DNA from: Zootoca vivipara
Lineage: Eukaryota
Length of the DNA stretch: 64,000 nt
NCBI RefSeq assembly: GCF_963506605.1
Contig: NC_083279.1
Location: 66,526,001 to 66,590,000, forward strand
Direction of reading: 5' to 3'
The notes below the pieces were generated by a model. The model was not told where the DNA came from, searched no databases, and saw only the letters and a program-made list of their open reading frames with translations. The position numbers were made by a program, and so were the translations under genes. Numbering within the stretch: position 1 is the stretch's first letter; each line of letters starts with the position of its first letter. Below, in pieces: positions 1 to 12,350 of this stretch.

Positions 1-679
1 TACTGCCAGCCTGTAAGTACTATGACTGGTGCTGAGCCTTGCAACGATTGGCCAGAGGTCTTTTACAGCCATGTTAGTTGGAGATTGTGGGAACTGAACT
101 TAGGATCTTTGCATGTAAAGTATGTGCTCTACCAGTGAGCTATGGGCTCTCTCACCATCAGCTCTAGACTGGCCATTGGTCACCTGCTGATGTTCTGTTT
201 GATACACAGCTATTGAAGGCATACAGGAACTCTTCCAAAAATAAATGTGGCAACCCCTGCTGCATTAGTTGGATATTGATGTTATCGTGTTTGATTACCA
301 AGTCGAAGTACCTAACAATCTATATTTTTAAGCAGCGGCATCGACTATAATGTCTGGTTAACACACTTTTTAGATACTAATATGAAACTCCACGCTGTGC
401 TGACTTGTAGTGATTTGAGGTTTGTGACAAAGGTTTTGCACCTACAAAAGGCTTTTTGTGTGTGGCTGGAAGTGCTTCACAAGCTCAAATCAATAACTCA
501 TTCCTGTGATGTACCTGGTATTTCATTCAGAACCTGCAGTTCCTTTGGATGCTGTAGAAACATAAGAAGCAGTTAATCAGTAGCAATGTACCACACTGTT
601 TGCAACAACATATTGTCTGAAGTGAGAAGTATATTGATACAGTAATGCCAAGTATTTGAATACATCTATGTGGTATATA

Positions 680-1032
680 GGGACCCAGGTGGCGCTGTGG
701 TTAAACCACTGAGCCTAGGGCTTGCTGATAAGAAGGTCGGCGGTTCGAATCCCTGTGACGGGGTGAGCTCCCGTTGCTTGGTCCCAGCTCCTGCCAACAT
801 AGCAGTTCGAAAGCACGTCAAAATGCAAGTAGATAAATAGGAACCGCTACAGCGGGAAGGTAAACGGCGTTTCCATGTGCTGCTCTGGTTTGCCAGAAGC
901 GGCTTTGTCATGCTGGCCACATGACCTGGAAGCTATACGCCGGCTCCCTCGGCCAATAATGCGAGATGAGCGCGCAACCCCAGAGTCGGTCACGACTGGA
1001 CCTAATGGTCAGGGGTCCCTTTACCTTTACCT
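680..1032 (+). mobile_element. Sauria SINE (Squam1), full length
   Basis: tRNA-derived head GGGACCCAGGTGGCGCTGTGG...GGTTCGAATCC; (ACCTTT)n tail; 13-bp TSD TATGTGGTATATA at 667-679 and 1033-1045. Confidence 0.93.
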
Positions 1033-4000
1033 TATGTGGTATATAATTAGTAATTGTTGGAAGGTGGCTTGGATGGCAGAATTAGAAGTTTTATATTGAC
1101 CAAACAAATTGTGCTGCCACCTTTTTCCTAATCCTTTACTGGAGATGGTGCCTTTTCAGGGGTAGTGCTGCAATTCTGGAACACCCTCCCTGGGGAAATT
1201 CGCCATGCATCCTCTCTACCCTTTTGAGTCAGGCTCTTGCAACTGGTGTCTCTTAGGCTATATTTGTTCACCAATGTGTGTTTTGATACTGAGTATCTGT
1301 GGATATAGTTATTGCTTTATTATTATCTTTCATTTTTTGAGAGCCCAGTTGGAAACGGAACAGAAAATTCTAATATAAAATGTTAAATGGTGCAATTTTG
1401 CTCCCGCACACCAATTGAACTTTGTTAGTTACAGTATAGGCACAAGTAGATTTTATTAGTTCTAGCAAAGAAGTTGAGAAAATAAGTATGAATGGAGAAA
1501 ACCATATCACTAAAGCTGAGGACAGGAGTATTCCTCTCATTGAAAACACCAGCTTCAAAGCAGATGTTTGCTTCAAGATTGCAGCTGGGGAAGAAGGGTT
1601 CAGTATTCTGCTACCTGCTGCAGTCTCAATAGCCATCAGCCCCACCCCACTGTCGATGCCACATGCATTTCTTAAAAAAGAAGAAGCAAGCTGCACATTA
1701 AATGCAAAACTTATTTAACACCATACCTACTTTGGTCTTCAAGGTATTCAAAAGAACCAATTAGAAAATGCTTCTCTTCCTGCTGCCTCTCAGTGTTGGC
1801 ATTTCCTGATGGGGTTAGTTTTGGAAGTGGAGAACCAATGGAATGACCCCAGAGTCCAGCCACCAAGATGCGCATCTGCCGGCATCTGCCAAGTCACCAG
1901 CTAAGGGGCCAGACGGATTCAAGACTCTTGAGCCTGTACCTAGCAATAGAGAGACCATTGAGCCTGAAGCTGACATAGACAGGGGCCCACAAAACAGCCT
2001 CCCACAGCACCAGCGACTCAGGACCTTCATGGGCAACTTTTCCTGAGCTCGAGGGACCGAATGCCCCCTCCAACACCTCAATAGTCTAGTGTCACAGACA
2101 AAAGTCCCTGGAATGTAGGAGCACTTCTCTTCGGGCCAAAGGGTTGCCCTTTAAGAAGTGAAGTTCTCCACTAGCAGCTGGAGCCTGGGAGATGATGTTG
2201 GGAGGGGGGGGAAGGAGAGCCTTTTTAAAAAATGGCTTGGTTTGCTTTGCTTTTGGCATTTGGGGGGGGGGCAAGTTGCTCATGTGGGGTCTCTGGTTCA
2301 GCAATGCCTGACCCTGGATGCCCAGGCAATGCATGCTACCATCCGCACTGCTCTAAAAATCAAAGCAAACTAGATGTTGCACTGTTCTGCTGGGAACCAA
2401 ATATTGTATTTCACTGTTCAGTCAAATTATTTTTTTCATTTCTTCCTTTTTTGGAAACAAAAAAGTCTGAAATCTCATGAAATGTTGGATATTGAAGCAA
2501 TTATGTTGGGTTGGCTGATCTATTGGGCTGACTCCATTAAGAACTGCTTCTATTTGTGGTTATATGTGCTCACTCTCTTTTCTATTGACTTTGCACTGCA
2601 AACTGCCTATACATTTAAATGTGGATGTGAATGAGGTTAGTCGTGCATCATCACAGTCCATTTTGGCATTTCTGATCAAATTGCTTTTCTGCTTCAAAGT
2701 CTATACGGCTTTGAACACAAATAGGCCAAGGGCTAGATAAAGGCTGCCCTGTGTTTGGAGATGGCTAATAGTGGTTTTCATTGTTCGTTGGCTTTTACCA
2801 GATGTTCAGGAAGTGTGTCATTCCAACCTTTTTTCAATCTCTTGTGTTGCAGGCTCTCTTCTAGGTGACTTCTCATTCTACAAACAGCCCTAGATTCCTC
2901 AGCCTCCAGCTCAGTTATTAAGGCAGCTACCTCTTTTACCCAAAGGATTTGACATCTACATGGCAGGCTGACCTTAAATAGCTTTGGCTTTCCCTATCGC
3001 TGAATCTCCATGGCAGTGGAAACCAGATGAGTTTTGAACTGTCGTGTAGTGTTAAAAGCACAGGAGCACTGACAGAAAAAAGGAATTGCCCACCAAATCA
3101 TTCTTTCTAGCCAATGGACATTTATCCTTTGCTTTGCCAAAGAAGGCAATGTTAGCAACTGGGTAAAATTTGTTTAACATGACACAGACACACGACAGCG
3201 CATACCTGGAGAGGCTTTTTGTGATGTGGATTAATATAATAATACCTTTATTGTCAATGTACAACCTGTGAATGAAATTAACCAAGCCTCCCCCGCCCCC
3301 GCCCCCACACACAAACACTCAAGCTAATTGGACTCTGTGTGCTTGTCACACAAGATTTGAGATTATTGTAACTTTTTACACAGTTTCACAAACAGACAGA
3401 AATCAACAGGGGTAGCTTTTGCTATCACTGCATTTGCCAGGCAAAGGTCCTGCATGTTAATTTCTACCTGTTTCACCGTGGCTAAAGGTTGTGTAAGAGC
3501 CTCTATCATGCAAACTAGTGATCGCTGTATTTCACAGCTCAAGGATCTTCAGCTGGAGTTTATTCTTTTTTTTTTCTTTTAAAGGAAAGCCAATCTTTAT
3601 CACTGGATTTTCTACTCTTTGTCAAGCACGGTGAAGCTGTGTGGCAGACCAAGTGTAATAATTAAGGAGATAAGTACAAAGGGCATGAGCAAAGGGCATC
3701 TGCCTTCATTTATACCCCTTCCCTGCCAGTGGTGTTACAACGTCCTGGGTGACCTATTTTCTTAACCTCAGTTGCCCATCTTGATGCTAAGCCAATTTAA
3801 ACCTTCATTATTCTTCATTGAAATGATTTAGGGTAACATCTCCAAATCATTGCTCTTTAATCTTAACTTAGCCTCTCAATTGTATAATCTATTTGGACTG
3901 CTGGAAGCAAGTGTGACAGACATCTATATTTAACCGTTGTCATTCTCCGCACGATATGAGGCTTGGGGATTTTTACCTCCCCAGCTGCTTATTTTGTCCA

Positions 4001-6239
4001 TGAATACGGAGTGCAATCTGAGACTGGGGGTGTGCTTTTCCTAGGGCATGTTTCTCTGTGCGAGCCCATTAAAACGAACAGGGGCTTCTGACGCGCACAA
4101 TTTGTGCAGCTTCCACTTATGGGACTTGCCTTTGATAATATCCTATGTGATATTTCCCCCTTCTAAATGACATGGCAGCATAGGAGCAGATTCCTAACTA
4201 TATAAGCATTAGCTTGGTTTAAGTTGTAGTGAACTAATCGGAGTTGGCAAATTATTTCCGAAAACGAAAGGAAAGCAAACTATGTCTTATAAAGGAAAAT
4301 GCAGGAGTAGCTGTCTTTTTTTAAAAAAATTAAAGGTGGGTGTAGAATTAATTTTAGACAGCAAGGAATATTATTGAAAGATCTATATAAAAATGTGCCT
4401 GCATGGGGGAAGGGCGGGTGTTTGCTTTGCGTTGTGCATCCCCTTCTAGTACTCCCTGTACAATCTTAAGTCACAATTCATTATAAAGAAACAAATTGGC
4501 TTTGGGTAACCGGATTAAGAAAAGCACCATAGAATGCCTGTTTGGCTCAGGGGGATTGGTAACAGGATACAAATAGCCTTTCACCTCACTGGCTTGAACA
4601 TGGCTTAGGCTGTTAATAACTGAATGTCATTGCTATTGAAGGGAAATGAAGGCGTATTCCTGTGGATTTTCCCAACCATGGACAGGTCTGGAATAGTTTG
4701 CAGTCACTGCAGAAGACGCTATTTAAAAATACTTTTTAAAAAAATCTGTTTGGTTTTTGTACATATATCGAAACATAGAAGGCACAATATAACAAACATC
4801 AATAATAATAAACATTTGACCCATCCTTCCCTTTCCCTAAAGTGGTAACAAAAGGTGAATGATACAACGTTCTTTCTAAAATACTGTTCTGTAGTTGAAC
4901 AACTATCACTTTAAGTAGATGTATCTACAGTATCCATAGTCTGTCACTTTGCTTGTTCTGGATGTATGTAACTTGGTAAAACTAAGGCTAGTAATCATGT
5001 AAAAAGCTTATTATATACACTGATGAGAGATATTTGGCAACAAGAGTCAACTGCTTGTTTTTATTTTTCCAAGTATTGGGGATCCCCTCCCCCACCCTGA
5101 CTCGCTAGCAAAAATAAGTTTTAAGATGGTGTCAACTGGTCCATAAAAGTTTTGTAAAGACACACCATGTATCTGGAGCTGCTGATTTAAAGGGCTTTCA
5201 GTTTTTACAGTTTCTTTATAGTAAAAGGAGATATTTCTGGAGTTAATTTTGGAATATTTAGGCCACCAAATTAAAAAGAGTGGACCTGCCTTTTAGATTA
5301 ACACTTATGGGGTTAATTAACTAGTAATCTAGAGTTTTTATTGCCAAATTAATGGCATTTTTGTTTTGAGTATTGCATTGATTCTTTTATTTTGGGTATT
5401 GTTAATTATTCTCATTCTCTTCTCTTGCATAGTAATTTACTGTTGACCCTTTTGCTTGCAGTGGATTTGTGTTTCTTTTCACATTCCTCATTTTTGGGTG
5501 ATGGTAGAAGTAACAGCATTTTCTCTTTTGATTCTTTTATGTTTGCTATTTAAAATTCCACTAACCATGGCTTTGAAAGTCTCCCAAATTAAAGCAGAAG
5601 AGTATGAACCATAATCATCTAATTCAACAAATTTGGGAAGCTATTTTTGTAGTTCAGAGGGTGGTTGTACTTTGGAGAAGGCATGAGCCAGGCCTCCATA
5701 AGGGAAGGGGGCAGTATTTCACTTCCCATTGGTAATACTAATTCCCCAGGGGCATGGTCAAAGATATTGATGGTTTCAATTTCTGAGGAGCGAAGCAGTG
5801 GGCTCCCCTGCCCCGTACTACCAGATAATAATTATTCCTCCTCTCCTCTCCCTCCAAAATAATAACAATCCTCAAATCACTGACAGACCCACAGAAAACT
5901 CTGAATCAGATGCAGCAGGGACAAGTCAGAGGAAACCTGGTGGGCCCCCCCTCCTCCCAGAAACATTTCAAGGAGGTGGGATTAATCACTGTCAAGTTAT
6001 ATATCCATGTTAAGCAGCCCTGTTGGGTTCAGAATATGTTTTCCTTTCCCATAAAGTCTGTCTTGCGTTTTTTCCCCTTCCTCTTTTCAGCTTGAGCTGC
6101 CAGGAATGGTTATCTGGAACTGTTTCTTCTTTACTGTATTTCCTGGTATTTCAATTCAGGCTGTTAATTGAGTACTTTTTTTAGCTTTGTTGTTGATTTG
6201 GTTATGATGTTGTGGCTTACTCATAATTTAAAAGGGTAG

Positions 6240-6640
6240 CCCCAATTATACGGAACTCCAGGTGCAGTTAGCACCAGGGAATAAGCTCAGAACTCTCATC
6301 TCTGTTGCAAAGTCCTTGGAGAGAGATCCTGAAAAAGAATTGATGTGTGAGAGGAAGGCCTCTTGAAAGTTTTGCTCCCCAAAGTCCTCCGACAACTCTG
6401 TGGCCCTAATGTTAAAGGATCTCTCACAGTCTGAATGTCTTCCATTCGAATTTTTTATTCTGCTTGTGATCGTTGAAGGGATCTTAAGGATGCTTTGTAC
6501 TGAAGGCTCTGGACAAAGACTTCATTTTTGGTAGTCTGCGTTTCAGTTAGTGTTTTGTCGGAGTTAGTTAGCAATATCCTTTCTCAGAAGGAAAAGAGCT
6601 ATGGACCAGTCTTGGACCAATCCTGAGCCAGTTGTTTGCA
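6240..6640 (-). mobile_element. Degenerate L1 ORF1 remnant
   Basis: Minus strand reads FQDLSPRTLQQR and an upstream RIGP-like piece, typical of the vertebrate L1 ORF1 C-terminus; frameshifted. Confidence 0.4.
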
Positions 6641-9600
6641 GATCTGGACCCACTAGTTCAGTTGTTGTAATTCTTCTTGTTCATCAGACTTGTCTCTCTG
6701 TTCCCACTTTGTGAGATCCTGGCCAGCACTGTTGCTTTCTGTGGGCCTGGTGACACTGGCAAGGTTGCTGAAGGAGGAGAAGGTGAAATCCACGAGTTGA
6801 GCAGACCAGGTTTGTTTTTCTTTCTTCTATGAGGCATACCCCATCTGAGGCTCTTGTTTTTGAGAATTTAATTTGCATTTAAACAACAGTATACGGTTGG
6901 CAAATTAAGCAGCTATCTTATTTGATGATGTCACCCCCTGCCACCCCGAAAAAATACTTTCCATGTAATGAATTTGTTCCATTGGATGGAGACAGCAAGA
7001 AAGCACTTTCGTTACAGGGATACAGTATCGTCCTATTACTCAAGCCACATTACAGTAAGCCCACAACTGACAGGGGGTTATGTTCCAGAGATTGCACCTA
7101 AAGCAAAAATTGTGTATAGTCCTCCCCCTTCCCCAGTGTTTCACCAAAGGCAAAATGGTGTTTTTTTTCTATTAGGTTTTTTATTTTATCTCTCTGAACC
7201 AAATGCAAACACAATGAAGAAAGGCTGGAATTTACTGAGCAGCAGGCTTATCTTACACAAGGATAGAATAGACGAACATACGGAACAAGTGGCATTCTCT
7301 CGTCTGGGTGTGAGCCCCAGGGATGTAGCAGCAGAGTAGACCTCAGTCTGGCCAGGCTATGCCTACATCTGTTCAAGCATGCATCAGAGCACCCTATTTC
7401 TCTGATAAACATGGCAAGGATTTTTATATCATTGTCTGCCCCAAGTCATGAGGCTAAATTGCTAAGCTACTTTTACCTGGCTCGGGGGGGGGGGGGGAGG
7501 TGTCTCTGTTGAAGGCCAGCAAGGCTGAACCTGATGTAAACTGCCAACTCAAACCAGTTGGACACAGCAGAGTATGTGCAGGAAGCTTCTTGGCTGCAAA
7601 GCGTTGGCAAGTAGAATGGACGCAGGAACTCACTGCCACTATATGCAACTTTATTTACAGCAGTCTCCAGACTATATACAAACTTGAATCTTTGGGAAAA
7701 CAGTAAACAGTACAAATCCTTTCCTCTTACTACTCTCTCTATACAACCTTCTCCAACCACTATCAACCCACACTGAGAGTCATGCCTGCCTTTATTGGCC
7801 CCTCAACTAATCACCAGGTTGTTACTAAGGCTATCTAGAGGCAGATTAGAGTGAGATTGTCTTGACCTACTTTTTCTTGGTAAGCCAACTCTTAATTGCT
7901 CAATGTGAGTAGCTGCAGAATCGCATGTAGACACTAAAAACCCAACAGTCTCATGATCTACGCTAGCAGGCAAGCAAAGAAATTAATCTACAGCTGTAGA
8001 TTGCGAGCAATTGAGTCAGCAGCAGTCGGCATTAGAATCACTACTGCTGAGCTTAGGAGAACTGTAAAGTCCTGCTTCCATATGGTCATATGAAGGGTTA
8101 ATTGTGCAAGGCCTCCTTGGGTTAACCATTTATTTTCTGAATTTCTACTACACCCAGCTAGTGTCCAATGCCATGGGCAGCTGGAGAAAGGTCTTCATGA
8201 ATGTTCCAGATCTTAGGTAATATGACAGCCCATTGACAAGCAATACAATGCTTTCCTTCCAGGCCACAATGTGTTAATGACTTTTTCCCCATGTTTGGAA
8301 TTCTCACTGCTATATGAGGAATGCAGGCAAAGCTGTTCCCTTCCTCAGCTGAATGCAATGATTTCTAACATTTATTTTTTATATATAATTGTTTGATGGC
8401 CATGCAGTCCCTTGGAGAACACCTTGTCCACTATGTGAGAAATGGGTTTTGTAGTGATGATGATAAATTGGGCAAGGGTGAGTATAGCATTGTAAGCATA
8501 AAACAGATTTTCATTTGTCTTGAAAAATCCCAAAATTGTAACAGTGAATGTTCCAGGGCACTTGCACTAGGATTTAGTGAAGCGGTGTGGTAGGCATAAA
8601 TAGTGAGGAACTGAATACACAAAGCAATGTTTCATTTTCAAGAGGCTATAGAAATATCGCATTCCCACACTCCACAGTCTACACAATCTGGGACCATATT
8701 TTCAAACTGTAACAAGCAAAGGAGATATACACCACAGATTTAATTTGTAAGACAGGTGGTTATTAAATGAGGTAGAAGTTCCTCAACAGCTTGAACTATT
8801 TTGGTTCATCTCTTCTTGTGCCTTGGGATAAAAGTTTTCTGAGTTATGCAGGAAATTTGAATGGCATGTGTTTTAATGTGAATGCCATTCCCATTAAAGT
8901 ATTGCGGAATTTATGAATTTCCATGATTTTTTTCTTAGAATATGCAGTTGTCTTTTATTAAGGAGGACAAGCAGCAATTTATTTGAAACAAACCCTTTTT
9001 TAATTTTAAAAAAAACATAATAGAAATAAATATAAAATGAGAAACAAAAATAGCCATAGGGATTCTTCACACCACCTAAGGAGTCTTTTGAGTTTTAGAC
9101 TGAGAGCATTCCATGTCTTCACTGCCTTCATCTTTTCTTTCAAGCCAGGATGGTTTTTCTTCAATAGCTTCTATAAAGGTCTTCAGCCTTTGGTTTTCCT
9201 CCAGAAGTCACTGATACCAAGAGCAAGCTGTAATAGATCCTCCACTTGGGTCACCAGAGTTCTGTCCAGCCATCAGCAAGATGCTTACCTGTGTAATTCT
9301 CAGTGCGACATTCGCATGGACGATGTTTCAAGTTCTGCTACTTATCATTAAGAATCAAGCAGGAGTAGAAAACAAAAGAAATTCATTTGAACAAGCTTTC
9401 TTTGGGACATTGAGTACTAGCGCCATTGAGCAGTGGATTGTGTGACGTGAGGAATAGAGGGTGAGCCCTCCCCACCCTCAGATCCAAAGTGGTATTTGAA
9501 CACCTCCAGGTTCAACTTGCAGCAGGAGCTACACCCCATAGCCAGCCAAGGCAACCAGGTAATTGACGCTCTGCCTCTCCTACAAAGAGGGCTAGTGTGA

Positions 9601-10273
9601 TGACTTCTGGGATGTTCAAAGCTGCTTCTGCCTCTTTGGGGCTTCAGTAGCCCAAATGCTATGGGAAAGTAAGGACGTTTAGGCCAAATTGCATGCTTTA
9701 TCCAAAAATGATAAAGGGATGAAGTGAAGATAGGAATTAAGCAAGAGTGAGCTGAGTTAGTTCGGGTTACCCAAGGCATAGAAGATCTGACGTTGCATGA
9801 TCGGTGGGACATTTTCTCAGGTTGGAGCCCAATGATGAAAAATATTCTGAATCTAGTATGATGTTCTTTTTGATTTCTGTAGCAATTTCATTTGTATTAG
9901 TACGCCTTTTGTATGTCAGAACTCAAAAACTGTATGCAAAAAATATAGCATGTTAAAAACTGAAGTAAGAGTGCCAGGGCATGAAGGCAAATTGTACCTA
10001 CCAAAGGGGTGGAATATAAGGGGGGGTCCATTGCGGAAGAATTTTGTATTTCGAGGAGATAGCTTCATTGGTTTGTATGATTTGCCTTCCTTGCTTATTG
10101 GTGCATCCTGAAGGGATTAACCCTTTAGGACTCTCAAGGGTTTTTTTTGTTTGCTTTATTGTCTTGTGTTCAGGATAAGTATTGGCCAGGATGTGGGAGA
10201 ACCCATATCTGGGCCATCTGAAGGCTGAATTGCCTGCCAGCAGTAGTATAGCTGCAGGATTAATTATTGTTGT

Positions 10274-10920
10274 TTATTATTTATTCAACTTATACACCAC
10301 CCTATACCCGGAGGTCTCGGGGCGGTTCGCAACAAGACCACAACATATAAAATCAAACCAAAAGCAGTAACCCAATAACACCCCCCCAAGTCACATTCTA
10401 AAATGGTGTTGGGTGTCAATAAGATAAACCAAAGGCCTGGTTAAAAAGGAACGTTTTTGCATGGCACCTAAAGGTGTATAATGAAGGTGCCAGGTGAACT
10501 TCCCTGGGGAGAGCATTCCCCAGATGGGGAGCCACTGCAGAGACGGCCCGTTCTCGTGTTGCCACCCTGTGGACCTCTTGAGGAGGAGGCACACAAAGGG
10601 TCCGGGTAGGTTCATATGGGAAGAGGCAGTCCTTGAGCTATTGCGTTCCTGAGCCGTTTAAGGCTTTATAGGTCAAAACCAGCACTTTGAATTGGGCCCA
10701 GAAACTAATTGGTAGGCAGTGCAGTCAGACCAGAATCGGTGTAATATGCTCAGACTATCTTGCAACCTGGCCGCTGAATTCTGCACTAGCTGAAGTTTCC
10801 AAACTGTCTTCAGAGGCAGCCCTATGTATAATGCATTGCAGTAATCTAACCTTGAAGTTACCAGAGCATAACCAACCACAAAACAGACGTGACGAGCTGA
10901 TAATTGTCTCAAAATTGCAT
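10274..10920 (-). mobile_element. L2 LINE 3' fragment
   Basis: Minus-strand ORF ALVTSRLDYCNALYIGLPLKTVWKLQLVQNSAARL (L2 RT C-terminus) plus an AATAAA-rich tail. Confidence 0.85.
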
Positions 10921-10929
10921 AATTATATA

Positions 10930-11366
10930 CTAGTGTCATTCACGGGCGCAAGAACATTTGGCCTTTTGCAGTGGCACTTGGGGGGGGGCTGGCCCGTCCC
11001 ACGGCCGCCGCTTTGTCGGGGTGCTCCGCTGAGCCCAGCTGGCCAGCGGGCGCCTAGGAGAAGGCCGCTATTCGGTCTCTTTCTGGGGCGGCAGCGTGGG
11101 GGGGGCCCGGCCCCTCCCATGGCCGCCGCTTCGTCAGGGCACTCCGCTGAGCCCAGCTGGCCAGCGGGCGCCCAGGAGAAGGCCACGATTCTTCTGAGGA
11201 CTGCGAGGGAAACGGTAGGCAGAGGGGGGTGGGGAGAGCGTGTGTGTGTGTGTGCGTCAAGTCTCTGCATCCAATCCCTGTGTCCGTGGGGCACATGCAC
11301 AGTAGCGCAAACCCAGGGACACAGGGAATACTGGACACAGAGACACTTGCACTTTATTATATAGGA
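10930..11366 (-). mobile_element. Non-autonomous Helitron-like element
   Basis: Minus strand starts A|TCCTATATAATAAAG and ends CACTAG|T (TC...CTAG inserted at an AT site, no TSD); GC-rich interior with a ~70-bp internal duplication. Confidence 0.72.
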
Positions 11367-11432
11367 TAAACTAAACCAAAACTAAGACGTCAATGTTTCC
11401 AAATTCAAATCAAGTCCCTTGCTCACATAGAG

Positions 11433-11568
11433 CAGTGTTTCCCAACCTTGTGCCTCCAGCTGTTTTCGGACTACAATTCCCACCATTCCTGACCACTGGT
11501 ATTGCTAGCTAGGGATGATGGGAATTGTAGTCTCAAAACATCTGGAGGCACAAGGTTGGGAAACACTG
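11433..11568. mobile_element. Palindromic hAT-type MITE
   Basis: TIR CAGTGTTTCCCAACCTTGTGCCTCCAG; 8-bp TSD ACATAGAG. Confidence 0.88.
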
Positions 11569-11764
11569 ACATAGAGTAGTGTAGGATGTTCAAAGGTATG
11601 CAAGAGTTCATTCCAACGATAATGCTTGTAGTACTGCTAGTCCATGAAGTAAGAAAGTAATTATCAAAGGTGTACAGCACATATTGTAGAGTCCGGCGAA
11701 AGTTCTGTAATCCCGCCAATCCAACAAATGCACTTGAAATTCTCATGAAGAGGCACACAATCCA

Positions 11765-11820
11765 GGGACAAGGTTATCCGGATTATAGTCCTTGTTTCGC
11801 CAGATTAGCTTCATCAGCAA
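11765..11820 (-). ncRNA. Hammerhead-ribozyme-like motif with degenerate stem I
   Basis: CTGATGA-A-GCTA-ATC-TGGC-GAA-ACAAGG-(loop)-CCTTGT-C. Confidence 0.5.
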
Positions 11821-12350
11821 ACAGGTATACTATGTGTTGTAAAGAGATATAAGACAGTTTTTTTGTAACCCATCTATACAATTTTACGTTCTGTTAACTA
11901 ATAAAAAGGTTATATGTATACATACCAGTAAGGGTCAGAGTAAGGAAACAGACCAGCACAAGATAAGGATTCAAATCACAAACATCATATAAAACAAGCT
12001 ATATATAGGTCATATTGTTAGAGTCACAGGTGTTATCAATTCAGACCTTTTAAAAACACCTTTAAAGGAGAAAGAGGCAAGCGATAATAAATGTACAACA
12101 GACAAAATAATATGACTCTAGAGAAGGAAGAACGGACCATGAAGTGGAGCTTACTGTTTCTTGCAGGTCATATAGACTCCAGTTATACAAAACAGTTATA
12201 ATCTATATCGGTATTTAATCCAGCAGGGTGCATAGATGGGTTACAAAAAACGGTCTTATATCTTATATCTGTTTTGTGGTTGAGTACATTTATCCGTGAT
12301 CTTGGTTTCTATTGTGTGTTACCAGAGCATAGACAACAGTTAGGCTATTC

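Noticed and set aside
1488-2046. ORFs 1488-1718 and 1843-2046 as possible exons
   Set aside because: No recognisable homology and no consistent splice model
10687-11364. 225-aa ORF, the longest in the track
   Set aside because: It runs across an antisense L2 fragment and the GC-rich Helitron; a stop-poor repeat artefact with no recognisable protein
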